DNA of 64,000 nucleotides, taken from an uncultured Verrucomicrobiae bacterium (GTDB lineage: Bacteria > Verrucomicrobiota > Verrucomicrobiia > Limisphaerales > Palsa-1400). Made by a program: the position numbers and the translations under genes. Shown piece by piece: positions 32,100-41,372 of this stretch; within the stretch, counting starts at the first letter, position 1, and each line of letters opens with the position of its first letter. Under the pieces are notes generated by a model, which was given only the letters and a program-made list of their open reading frames with translations, was not told the DNA's origin and did no database searches. The stretch is from assembly GCA_963702845.1 (NCBI GenBank), contig OY969763.1, forward strand, positions 3,104,001 to 3,168,000, in the 5' to 3' direction.

Positions 32100-33169
32100 G
32101 CAGGCTTAGTTTGCTTCGGCTTGTGGACTTCAATCGATGGCGAAAGCGAACACTTTACGAAAGTGCCACCAGTCGGGTTAGGCTCGATGGAAAAAGACGC
32201 ACCAATCATCGCCGCTCGATGCGCCATAATTCGCGTGCCAAGCCCCTGATTTTCCTGCCACGTTTCCGGCAAGCCCGTTCCGTCGTCTTCCACCGTCAGA
32301 ACGATCGCGCCACCCAGGTGGACAAGGCTGATCAAGATGTTCTTCGGCTTGCCGTGCCGAATCGCATTGCTCACGGCTTCCTGTGCGATGCGGTAAAGGT
32401 TTGTCGCAGTCACAGCATCGTCAATCAACACTCGCGAATCACAATCGAACGTACACGTTAACTTCGACATCCTCGTAATATTCGCTGCAAGTTCCTGGAA
32501 GGCCATCATCAGACCTTCGGCCTCCATCTCCACCGGAGAAATTCCGCGGGCCAGATTGCGCGTCAGAGCGATGCCATCCTCCACCAACTCCACGATCTTG
32601 TTCGCATCCGCGGCTTCCGCCAGGGACTTGCTCGCCAGCTTCTCCTCGAGCACCTGCCCGGCGACGGCCGTCGCAGTCAAGTGTTGGCAAAGACTGTCGT
32701 GCAAATCGTGGCCGATCCGGCGCTGCTCGCTTTCGCTGACCTCCAAGATTTCCTTTTCGAGCCGCTCACGCTCCGCCATTTCTTTTGTCAGGGCCACCGT
32801 CCGCTGCCGCACCCGATCTTCCAATTCAGCATGAAAGTCATGTAATCGCGCCAACAACCAAACCACGATGAAATAAAAAACCAGCAGAATCGTAGCGTTC
32901 CAGATCGGAATGAAAGAACTCGAAAAACGCGCACCTGCCGCCAAGTCACCCACTATCCAGGTTCCTACGCTCATAACCGACATGAACAATCCAAACCCTC
33001 GCCCAACGAACCAGGTTGCAAAACCAACCCCCAACAAATAAAAAACCGAAAATACGATTTCGAATCCGGCCAAATAATCAATGACGCCAACCAACCCGAG
33101 GATCCCAAAACACGTCAGTATCAGAATCGGTCGGGAACGGCGCTCAATATTTTGGACAATTCCGGTCAT
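32096..33169 (-). CDS. membrane sensor histidine kinase (HisKA_3 type)
   Basis: N-terminal TM helices; EQRRIGHDLHDSLCQ, QEAVSNAIRHG, DDGTG and GLG motifs. Confidence 0.92.
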   Translation of the reverse strand: MTGIVQNIERRSRPILILTCFGILGLVGVIDYLAGFEIVFSVFYLLGVGFATWFVGRGFGLFMSVMSVGTWIVGDLAAGARFSSSFIPIWNATILLVFYFIVVWLLARLHDFHAELEDRVRQRTVALTKEMAERERLEKEILEVSESEQRRIGHDLHDSLCQHLTATAVAGQVLEEKLASKSLAEAADANKIVELVEDGIALTRNLARGISPVEMEAEGLMMAFQELAANITRMSKLTCTFDCDSRVLIDDAVTATNLYRIAQEAVSNAIRHGKPKNILISLVHLGGAIVLTVEDDGTGLPETWQENQGLGTRIMAHRAAMIGASFSIEPNPTGGTFVKCSLSPSIEVHKPKQTKPA

Positions 33170-33425
33170 ACATCTAACTCATGTGCGAACGAAGACATCT
33201 GCAACAGAGCGCACCGAGCAACGTTAGCAAAAACGCTGCTTTCCCATGTTCGCCCAAAAGCATCCTTTTATGCAATGATTTCGCATTCCCGGGGCAACTG
33301 AATGTTGCGACTGATGGTTTAGCGCCGGCAAAATCCGGCGTAGACTATACGCTTTTCGGAACACTGTTGTTTGACTGAGTTTGCAGCAACCGGACCTTTG
33401 AACAGCCAGATCAGTGGCGCGGGTT

Positions 33426-33590
33426 TCATCTTACAACTTGAATAGGGGGTAACTGACAAAATGGAGTGCCGACGTGATGGCTCTCGGCCTCAGGCAACAG
33501 GGCAGCAAGGCGCTGTCGGTGAAAGGCAAACGCCTTTTCGACTCGATCGTGAATCATCGCCTCAGAGACAAAGTTGACGTGCTCTTGCAT
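33426..33590 (-). pseudogene. N-terminal fragment of a GrpB (UPF0157)-like gene
   Basis: MQEHVNF...AF..HRQRLAALLPEAESHHVG, then divergence; resembles GrpB ...LLP.A.I.HVGST. Confidence 0.5.
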
Positions 33591-33731
33591 GGAGTTGGTA
33601 ATCGTTGAACGCGCATTAGCGGCTTAACACTTGTGCTGCGGATTTTGATGATTTTCCGGGTACCAATAGTGCACTGTGAAACACTGTCCCACGGAGAAAA
33701 AGCAAATTCCTATCATTCCCGGTTGGTCGGT

Positions 33732-33759
33732 TGCCCTTTTCCCTTCTGTTTTGCGCATT
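33732..33759 (+). promoter_or_regulatory. putative ECF promoter TGCCC-N17-CGCATT
   Basis: One of four copies with identical spacing; 23 nt before the kinase ATG. Confidence 0.7.
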
Positions 33760-33782
33760 ACCTGTTAGTAGATGCATAACCC

Positions 33783-35750
33783 ATGAAGGAGCCGATCAAT
33801 CCCGAAGTGGCCATCTTTAATGGCGCCCTCGAACTTGCCGGAGCTGAGCGCGCCGCATATCTGGACCAGGCATGCGCGGGCAACATGGCGCTGCGCGAAA
33901 AAGTTGAAGCGCTGTTGAAGGCAAGTGAACAGGCAGAAAATTTTTTGGAAGTTCCGCCCACCGGTTTGCCGCGTACCATAACAGTGCGGATTCCGCTCAC
34001 TGAAAAACCCGGCGATAAAATAGGACGTTATAAACTCCTTCAACAAATCGGTGAGGGTGGTTGCGGTGTGGTTTACATGGCTGAACAGGAAGAACCGGTG
34101 CGTCGGCGAGTCGCGCTGAAGGTCATCAAATTAGGGATGGATACAAAGGAGGTCATCGCCCGGTTTGAAGCTGAACGTCAGGCGCTGGCGATGATGGATC
34201 ATCCAAACATTGCAAAAGTGCTCGATGCGGGGGCGACAGATACTGGACGTCCGTATTTCGTGATGGAGCTGGTGCGCGGAATCAAAATCACCGAGTACTG
34301 CGACGAGAATAAGGTGCCCACCGAGGAACGGCTCAAACTTTTTGTTCAGGTTTGCCAGGCGATTCAGCATGCGCATCAAAAGGGAATCATTCATCGCGAC
34401 ATCAAACCGTCGAACATTTTGGTCACGATCAATGACGGCGTGCCGGTGCCCAAGGTCATCGACTTCGGCATAGCGAAAGCAACGCAGGGACGGCTGACCG
34501 ATTCGACGCTATTTACGGCCTTCGAGCAATTCCTCGGCACGCCGGCCTACATGAGCCCGGAACAGACGGCGATGACCAGCGTGGATATTGATACGCGCAG
34601 CGACATCTACAGTTTGGGCGTGTTGCTTTACGAACTTCTCACCGGCAAAACTCCCTTCGACGCAAGCGAACTGCTCCAATCTGGCCTGGACGCGATGCGT
34701 CGCACCATCCGGGAAAAGGAACCGCCCAAGCCTTCCACTAGATTGAGCACAATGCTCAATGCGGATCGAACGGTTACCGCCTCTCATCGCCAGACTGATC
34801 CGCCCAAACTGATTCATCTCGTGCGCGGCGACCTTGACTGGATCGTGATGAAGTCGCTGGAGAAAGACCGCGCGCGCCGGTACGAGACGGCCAATGGATT
34901 CGCAGCAGACATCCAAAAACATTTGAACGACGAACCGGTCAGCGCGAGCCCGCCCGGCGGGTTTTACCGCTTGCAAAAAGCGATGCGGAGAAACAAGCGG
35001 ACGTATGCGGCGATGGCGGCCATAATGTGCGCACTAACTGTTGGGCTCGGTGTTTCGACGTGGGTATCCAATTTATCTCAGTCGATACGGCGACGTGGCG
35101 CTGTCGAGTGCCTCGGTTTGACACTCATCAATCCAACGGAAAGTTTGCTGAAACGCCATCAACTCCCCACTGGGATTGAATATCGCGGCCCTATCGTTAC
35201 ACAAGTTCAAGACGGTCATTCGGCATTTCGCATTCCGCCGAAGCCTGATTGCATGTTTTGGATCGTGGAACATCCAATGTCGATAAATTGCGAGTGGAGT
35301 CGCAAGGGAGAATTTCCCAGTTACAGGCCCAAGACGGTTCGACAGATGATCCAGGCGATTTTGTCGTCGGCCTGTACTCCACAACAGTTCCAACGTTTAT
35401 GGGCTCAAGCGCTCCGGGAAATGGCTGACAAGTTCCCTGGACAGCGGCAGCTAAATCTTCGGGTTGCGGATGCTCTGGACGCGATCCTATCGTCATCTAA
35501 CAATGCCGTCCAATCCCAGACTCGATGGACCGAAGCAATCCGGGCCATGGCTGATGAGACACCTTCTCGGCGGGAGGACATTCTTAAGTATGCCTTTAGC
35601 GAACCATTCGGGGATGAGACTGCCAAATACATTTGTCGTGTGGTTTATCATTATCCGACGAACGCCGGCACGATGACGACGCACCTGTCCCTGACCGAAA
35701 AAGACGTTGATACTCTTCGTGAGCTTCTCAAGAGATTACCCCCTGACTGA
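33783..35750 (+). CDS. Ser/Thr protein kinase, TM helix, unrecognised C-terminal domain
   Basis: GEGGCGVV, VALK, HRDIKPSN, DFG and YMSPEQ motifs; ERAAYLDQAC leader. Confidence 0.92.
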   Translation: MKEPINPEVAIFNGALELAGAERAAYLDQACAGNMALREKVEALLKASEQAENFLEVPPTGLPRTITVRIPLTEKPGDKIGRYKLLQQIGEGGCGVVYMAEQEEPVRRRVALKVIKLGMDTKEVIARFEAERQALAMMDHPNIAKVLDAGATDTGRPYFVMELVRGIKITEYCDENKVPTEERLKLFVQVCQAIQHAHQKGIIHRDIKPSNILVTINDGVPVPKVIDFGIAKATQGRLTDSTLFTAFEQFLGTPAYMSPEQTAMTSVDIDTRSDIYSLGVLLYELLTGKTPFDASELLQSGLDAMRRTIREKEPPKPSTRLSTMLNADRTVTASHRQTDPPKLIHLVRGDLDWIVMKSLEKDRARRYETANGFAADIQKHLNDEPVSASPPGGFYRLQKAMRRNKRTYAAMAAIMCALTVGLGVSTWVSNLSQSIRRRGAVECLGLTLINPTESLLKRHQLPTGIEYRGPIVTQVQDGHSAFRIPPKPDCMFWIVEHPMSINCEWSRKGEFPSYRPKTVRQMIQAILSSACTPQQFQRLWAQALREMADKFPGQRQLNLRVADALDAILSSSNNAVQSQTRWTEAIRAMADETPSRREDILKYAFSEPFGDETAKYICRVVYHYPTNAGTMTTHLSLTEKDVDTLRELLKRLPPD

Positions 35751-35804
35751 ACGGCGAAGTCACAGGCTGTCGCGCTTTCTTTTTTTTCGGTAGGCGGACG
35801 TTCT

Positions 35805-35837
35805 GCGATGTGTGAAACTGGCGCCGCTATATATCTC
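35805..35837 (+). repeat. inverted 33-bp fragment of the structured element's terminal part
   Basis: GCGATGTGTGAAACTGGCGCCGCTATATATCTC versus the reverse complement of the A/B end, GCGATGCGTGAAAACGCGCCGCTATATAACTC. Confidence 0.7.
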
Positions 35838-35985
35838 AAAGAATTCTAAGAATTCATCAGCGAACTGTCATCGTTTGCCAATATTCGGGTGTTGCTAACG
35901 TCATCACAGGCATTCACGGATTGTCCGAAACAAGCGGCTACTCGTTCGCGTCGCAAACGAGATGAACCGCGGGAAGGAACTTGTT

Positions 35986-36013
35986 TGCCCTTTTCCCTTC
36001 TGTTTCACGCATT
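35986..36013 (+). promoter_or_regulatory. putative ECF promoter TGCCC-N17-CGCATT
   Basis: Duplicate of the 33732 leader. Confidence 0.7.
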
Positions 36014-36036
36014 ACCTGTTAGTAGATGCATAATCC

Positions 36037-38727
36037 ATGAAGGCGCAGATCAATCCTGAAGTCGCCATTTTTAATGACGCGCTCGAACTGGCTCCGACGG
36101 AGCGGAGCGCGTATCTGGACCGGGCCTGTGCGGGCAACATTCCGTTACGCGAAAAAGTTGAAGCCTTGTTGAAGGCCAATGAACAGGCGGAGAACTTTTT
36201 GGAAGTTCCACCCACCGGCTTGCCACTGACCAGAACAGTGCGGATTCCGATCACTGAAAAACCCGGGGATAAGATCGACCGCTACAAACTGCTTCAGCAA
36301 ATCGGCGAAGGCGGTTGCGGCGTGGTCTACATGGCTGAGCAGGAAGAGCCGGTGCGCCGTCGAGTGGCGCTGAAGGTCATTAAACTGGGAATGGATACAA
36401 AGGAGGTCATCGCTCGGTTCGAAGCCGAACGTCAGGCGCTGGCGATGATGGATCATCCCAACATCGCGAAGGTACTCGATGCGGGAGCGACTGATACTGG
36501 ACGTCCGTATTTCGTGATGGAGTTGGTGCGCGGAATCAAAATCACCGAGTTCTGCGATGAGAATAAGGTGCCCACCGAGGAACGGCTCAAACTTTTCATT
36601 CAGGTTTGCCAAGCGATCCAGCATGCGCATCAAAAGGGCATCATTCATCGCGACATCAAACCATCGAACATTTTGGTCACGATCAATGACGGCGTGCCGG
36701 TGCCTAAGGTCATTGACTTCGGCATCGCCAAGGCGACGCAGGGACGGCTGACGGACAAAACGCTATTCACTGCGTTCGAGCAATTCATCGGCACGCCGGC
36801 CTACATGAGCCCGGAGCAGGCGCTGATGACGAGTCTCGATATTGATACACGGAGCGACATTTATAGTCTCGGCGTTTTACTTTACGAACTGTTGACCGGC
36901 GAAACGCCCTTTGACGCCACTGAACTTCTGCAATCTGGCTTTGACGCGATGCGACAAATGATCCGAGAGAAGGAACCGCAGCGTCCATCAGCGCGTTTGA
37001 GCACGATGACGGCTGATGCGCTTACGACTACAGCCTCGCAACGTCACACCCATCCTCCCAAATTGTTGCATATGATCAGCGGCGATTTGGATTGGATCGT
37101 CATGACGTGCCTAGAGAAGGATCGTTCGCGTCGTTACGAAACGGCCAACGGTTTGGCAGCGGACATCCAGCGCCATCTGAACACAGAACCCATTGTTGCT
37201 CACCCTCCCAACGGCTTGTATCGCCTCCAAAAGGCAGTTCGTCGCCATAAATCCGTATTCGCCGCAGTAGCAGCCATCGCGGCGGCACTGGTAATAGGCA
37301 TTGTGGTGAGCACGCTGGAAGCAATTCGAGCGACGCGCGCAGAGCGGGAGCAAACCCGCCTTAGGACCGTTGCCGAAACAAAAGAAAAGAAAAGTGAACA
37401 AGTCGCTCAGTTCCTCAAGGACATGTTGAAAGGAGTCAGTCCCCATGTGGCGCTGGGTCGCGATACAACCATGCTGCGTGAGATCGTGGATAAGACGGCC
37501 GAACGAATAGGGACGGATCTCAAAGATCAACCCGAGGTGAGAATCGAACTTAGCCTCGTGCTGGCGCGCGTGTATGGGGATTTGTCGCTCTTTGAAAAAG
37601 AAGAGCAAATTGCTAGGGAGACTCTTCAATTGGCCCGCGCGCATTACGGCGAGAATAACCTGGCGGTAGCAGATGCGCTCAGCATCCTCGGACGCGCCCT
37701 CAATTTTGTTCGGAAATTACCGGAAGGCGAAACCGTTACCCGCGAGGCGATAGCACTGGATAGAAAACTACGCGGCATTAATAGCCTGGAAGAAGCTTCT
37801 GCGTTGCTGACTCTTTGTGACTTGCTACGCAACCAGTGGGATGGTTACGAACATAGCAAGCTCGATGAAGCTGAAACCGCAATTCGCCGATCACTCGCGA
37901 TCAGAAAGAAACTTCTTGGCAATGATGCGGTTGAGATAGCGCAGTCCCTCGATACTCTGAGTCTCCTGCTGCGGGTTGAAAACAAGCTGGCAGAGGCTGA
38001 AATCGCATCTCGCGAGAGCCTCGCGATTCGCAAAAAACTATATGGTGAAGATAATCCGACGATAGCCTCTTCCTTAACGTGGCTGGGCGGGGTGCTGTCC
38101 GCCCAGGGAAAACTGAAAGAAGCCGAAGAGTCTCTGCGGCTAGCACTGGCAATTGATGTAAGAGAGAAGAGCACGAATATTTGGCATCACGCGATCCGAC
38201 TTTCGTATCTTGAAAGTGTCCTCGAAAAAGAAGGCAACCTGGCTGAAGCGGAAACTTGCCTGCGAGAGGCGGCGGAAGTCGTACGCTTGCGGAAAAACAC
38301 AGAGGACATGGAGCGATACGAATTTATCCGACGACTGGCCGTTGTCCTTTTAAAAAACGGCAAACGTGACGACGCTCTGGCAGCCTACCGAGAAGTGGTC
38401 CAGGGCTATCGGGGTGTGGCGGGTAGGAAGGATGTAAATGTATTAAACAGCATTGCTTGGCTTTTAGCCACCTGCCCCTTGCAGGAGATCCGCGACGGAC
38501 ATGACGCTGTAAAATATGGCGAACAAAATGTTGATGCCACACACCGTCAAAATCCTTTTTTCCTGGATACACTGGCGGCTGGTTATGCCGAATGTGGCGA
38601 ATTTGCGAAAGCAATCGAGACCGAAAAAGAGGCGATGGCCCTTCGGGCCAATGAAGCTTTCAAGAAAGACTTCTCCTCCCGATTGAAGCTCTATGAAGTG
38701 AATAATCCCTATCGGGACCGGTATTAA
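36037..38727 (+). CDS. Ser/Thr protein kinase with TM helix and TPR repeats
   Basis: Kinase domain near-identical to 33783..35750; kinesin-light-chain-like TPRs (EAE...R.SLAIRKKL.G). Confidence 0.93.
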   Translation: MKAQINPEVAIFNDALELAPTERSAYLDRACAGNIPLREKVEALLKANEQAENFLEVPPTGLPLTRTVRIPITEKPGDKIDRYKLLQQIGEGGCGVVYMAEQEEPVRRRVALKVIKLGMDTKEVIARFEAERQALAMMDHPNIAKVLDAGATDTGRPYFVMELVRGIKITEFCDENKVPTEERLKLFIQVCQAIQHAHQKGIIHRDIKPSNILVTINDGVPVPKVIDFGIAKATQGRLTDKTLFTAFEQFIGTPAYMSPEQALMTSLDIDTRSDIYSLGVLLYELLTGETPFDATELLQSGFDAMRQMIREKEPQRPSARLSTMTADALTTTASQRHTHPPKLLHMISGDLDWIVMTCLEKDRSRRYETANGLAADIQRHLNTEPIVAHPPNGLYRLQKAVRRHKSVFAAVAAIAAALVIGIVVSTLEAIRATRAEREQTRLRTVAETKEKKSEQVAQFLKDMLKGVSPHVALGRDTTMLREIVDKTAERIGTDLKDQPEVRIELSLVLARVYGDLSLFEKEEQIARETLQLARAHYGENNLAVADALSILGRALNFVRKLPEGETVTREAIALDRKLRGINSLEEASALLTLCDLLRNQWDGYEHSKLDEAETAIRRSLAIRKKLLGNDAVEIAQSLDTLSLLLRVENKLAEAEIASRESLAIRKKLYGEDNPTIASSLTWLGGVLSAQGKLKEAEESLRLALAIDVREKSTNIWHHAIRLSYLESVLEKEGNLAEAETCLREAAEVVRLRKNTEDMERYEFIRRLAVVLLKNGKRDDALAAYREVVQGYRGVAGRKDVNVLNSIAWLLATCPLQEIRDGHDAVKYGEQNVDATHRQNPFFLDTLAAGYAECGEFAKAIETEKEAMALRANEAFKKDFSSRLKLYEVNNPYRDRY

Positions 38728-38832
38728 AAAGCCTCCGTGTTCGCCAAAGCGGTGCTCAACGGGAAATGCACGTGCCTTCCAAGTGTGAATCAGCACTGGT
38801 TTTTCTTTTCGGTAGTTAAATCGAAAATTGTT

Positions 38833-38860
38833 TGCCCTTTTTGATCCACAATTCCGCATT
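38833..38860 (+). promoter_or_regulatory. putative ECF promoter TGCCC-N17-CGCATT
   Basis: TGCCCTTTTT...CGCATTGCTAG upstream of ATG 38899. Confidence 0.7.
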
Positions 38861-38898
38861 GCTAGCTGAAACGTGATCTTAAAAAGCGGAAAACCATT

Positions 38899-40341
38899 AT
38901 GAAATCTTTGCAACACATCGGACTTGTTTATGTCGCACTTCTTGCCATGACCCTTCACCTTCGGGCCACCCAACCCGGGGAGGTGGACTTGACCTTTAAT
39001 TCCTCAAACACGCTGGACGGAACGGTTTCTTCAGCCGCCTTGCAGACGAACGGCCAAATCATTGTCGTCGGAGCATTCACATCGGCTGGCGGCGTTCCTC
39101 GAAATCAGATTGCGAGGCTCAACACCGATGGAAATCTTGATACCAGTTTTCAAAGCAACATGACCGGAGTGGTTGAATATCTCGGAACGAGAGCAGTGTT
39201 GGCACAACCAGATGGCAAGGTGCTTATTTCTGGCAGCTTTACGATGGTCAACGGGCAGTCGCGACGCTCGGTCGCGCGGCTGAATGCTGACGGCAGCCTG
39301 GATGACGGTTTCCAAGCCCCGACTTCGGTGGGACCGATGGTTGCTTCCATGGCGCTCCAACCCGATGGCAAAATTATTATTGGCGGAAGTTTTCAAGTGA
39401 TTGGACCCGAGCCTCGCTATGACATCGCCCGCCTCAACGCTGATGGCAGCATCGACGCCGGTTTCCAACACGGAATGATTGGCGATCACGACCAAGGTTA
39501 TCCCGATATCTATGTGGTTGCCCTTCAGCCAGACGGAAAAGTGCTCGTTGGCGGCGATTTCGGACTTATGAACGGCAAGGTGCGCCACGGCATCGCCCGG
39601 CTTAACACCGATGGCAGTCTGGACACGGGCTTTCTGGATGAAACTTCCAGGAGTGGCGGTGGAGTCGTTGCAATTGCCGTGCAACCCGACGGCAAGGTGC
39701 TCATTGGCGGTAATTTTATATCAACGAGCAATGGCACAATTCGCAACAGCCTGTTCCGGCTCAATGCCAATGGCACGATGGACACAAATTTTCTCACTGG
39801 ATCAGGAATGAATGGAGCCGGCAACCCGAGTGGCTCCTTTTGCGACGGATATGATGTAAGCACAATCGTTGTGCAAACCGACGGGAAAATTCTTATCGGA
39901 GGCACTTTCGGTAACGTCAATGGAGTGGCACGCCGCAAAATTGCCCGGCTTAATTCGGATGGTTCTCTGGATGTTAATCTTTTTGAAAGAAACATTGATG
40001 GGAACTGCGGTAGCGGTTTTGGAATAAATTCCATCATTCCGCTAGCCGATGGAAAAATCCTGGCGGGAGGAACATTCACCTCGATCAATGACATCGCCAT
40101 TAATGGCATCGCGCGACTTTTCGGGACCGTCCCTTCCCTAAGCGAGGCCGGCATCGTCGCGGACAAGTTCGGGTTCAATATAAACGGTTACTCCAACCAG
40201 ACCCTGGTCGTGGAAGGGTCAACGAATCTCCTGGATTGGATTCCACTCCAGACCAATACACTGGGAAGTTTGCCGGTGACATTCAGCGATTCGGGCTCGG
40301 GGCTTTTTACGAAGCGCTTTTATCGGGCTCGATTGCAATAG
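38899..40341 (+). CDS. secreted delta-60 repeat beta-propeller protein
   Basis: Signal peptide; repeated QPDGK.L.GG.F...IARLN.DGSLD..F; ends RFYRARLQ. Confidence 0.9.
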   Translation: MKSLQHIGLVYVALLAMTLHLRATQPGEVDLTFNSSNTLDGTVSSAALQTNGQIIVVGAFTSAGGVPRNQIARLNTDGNLDTSFQSNMTGVVEYLGTRAVLAQPDGKVLISGSFTMVNGQSRRSVARLNADGSLDDGFQAPTSVGPMVASMALQPDGKIIIGGSFQVIGPEPRYDIARLNADGSIDAGFQHGMIGDHDQGYPDIYVVALQPDGKVLVGGDFGLMNGKVRHGIARLNTDGSLDTGFLDETSRSGGGVVAIAVQPDGKVLIGGNFISTSNGTIRNSLFRLNANGTMDTNFLTGSGMNGAGNPSGSFCDGYDVSTIVVQTDGKILIGGTFGNVNGVARRKIARLNSDGSLDVNLFERNIDGNCGSGFGINSIIPLADGKILAGGTFTSINDIAINGIARLFGTVPSLSEAGIVADKFGFNINGYSNQTLVVEGSTNLLDWIPLQTNTLGSLPVTFSDSGSGLFTKRFYRARLQ

Positions 40342-40434
40342 AGAGGAATGAATTTCTTCCCAGGTGGGAAGACTGCAGGTCGGGGTGCAAAACGTGTGTG
40401 CGTTCCGACCGCAGACTCTTGCCAAAAATTTCAT

Positions 40435-40462
40435 TGCCCTTTTTCCACCGGAACTTCGCATT
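40435..40462 (+). promoter_or_regulatory. putative ECF promoter TGCCC-N17-CGCATT
   Basis: TGCCCTTTTT...CGCATTGCTAG upstream of ATG 40555. Confidence 0.7.
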
Positions 40463-40554
40463 GCTAGATGGACGATCAGGGATAAATGGAAATCTGATCA
40501 CAACAAACAAACATAGACCCGGGCGAAATTCGCCTGAAAATCGAAGGAAACAAA

Positions 40555-41226
40555 ATGAAATTCATGACACCACAAACCAGTAATTTGATCGGGCCGATTT
40601 GGGCTAGATTAAAAACCAAATGCCTGACCGCAACACTCGCTGCCGGACTCGCTATGCTCGCTACCACCCTGTCAGCCAGCGCCGGTTCCGGCAACGTGCT
40701 CTCGCCCTCGGAGGAAACGCACGGATACTCCCTGGACGACATGGCGGCCGCCGTTGCCAATTTCAGTATCAGCGGGAATGACCTGTCTTTTTATCCAACC
40801 ACGCCGTTCCAGATCATCTACAACCGACCTGGCAGAACTTTCACGGTCAAGCCTGGCACCACGTTGTATTTGAAGTTCTTCTTCATTGACGATTCCGCTC
40901 CGGTCGTCGGCAACTGGCCGGCGGACAAAGCCGAAGCCGGGAATTACGTCTTTGGCGCGGATCAACTCGGCGGGCACGATCTTCAGGTCGTGGTGGATGG
41001 CCAGGTGTCTTCGCTGGATGATCCCGGTTACATCGGTGGGCCGGTCGCGACGCCGACCTCACCCGACGGCAGCGAGCACATGATCCAGATCGGCGCGTTC
41101 GTCACGCCCCTGACCAAGGGAACGCACACCATCACCATTCGAGGTGTATTTGATGGCACGGCACTGGTGGACGCGTTCGGTGGACCTCTTGAAGCTGAAA
41201 TCACCTACACGGTAATTGTGAAGTAA
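40555..41226 (+). CDS. secreted hypothetical protein
   Basis: Signal peptide ending SASA; PLTKGTHTITIRG...ITYTVIVK beta-rich C-terminus. Confidence 0.78.
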   Translation: MKFMTPQTSNLIGPIWARLKTKCLTATLAAGLAMLATTLSASAGSGNVLSPSEETHGYSLDDMAAAVANFSISGNDLSFYPTTPFQIIYNRPGRTFTVKPGTTLYLKFFFIDDSAPVVGNWPADKAEAGNYVFGADQLGGHDLQVVVDGQVSSLDDPGYIGGPVATPTSPDGSEHMIQIGAFVTPLTKGTHTITIRGVFDGTALVDAFGGPLEAEITYTVIVK

Positions 41227-41245
41227 TTTTTTTGCACCAGCGATT

Positions 41246-41284
41246 CGGGCAGCGCAGGCCGTGATGGCCGGCGCTGCCCGTTTT
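41246..41284 (+). terminator. intrinsic terminator
   Basis: CGGGCAGCGC...GCGCTGCCCG stem followed by TTTT. Confidence 0.75.
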
Positions 41285-41372
41285 GCGTTTCTCTCTTAGA
41301 ATGATCCAGAAAGAGTTGGATTCTCCAACTGTTTCAAGTTGTCGCTTCCCGGTTCTCCGCTACTCTGGCCGC

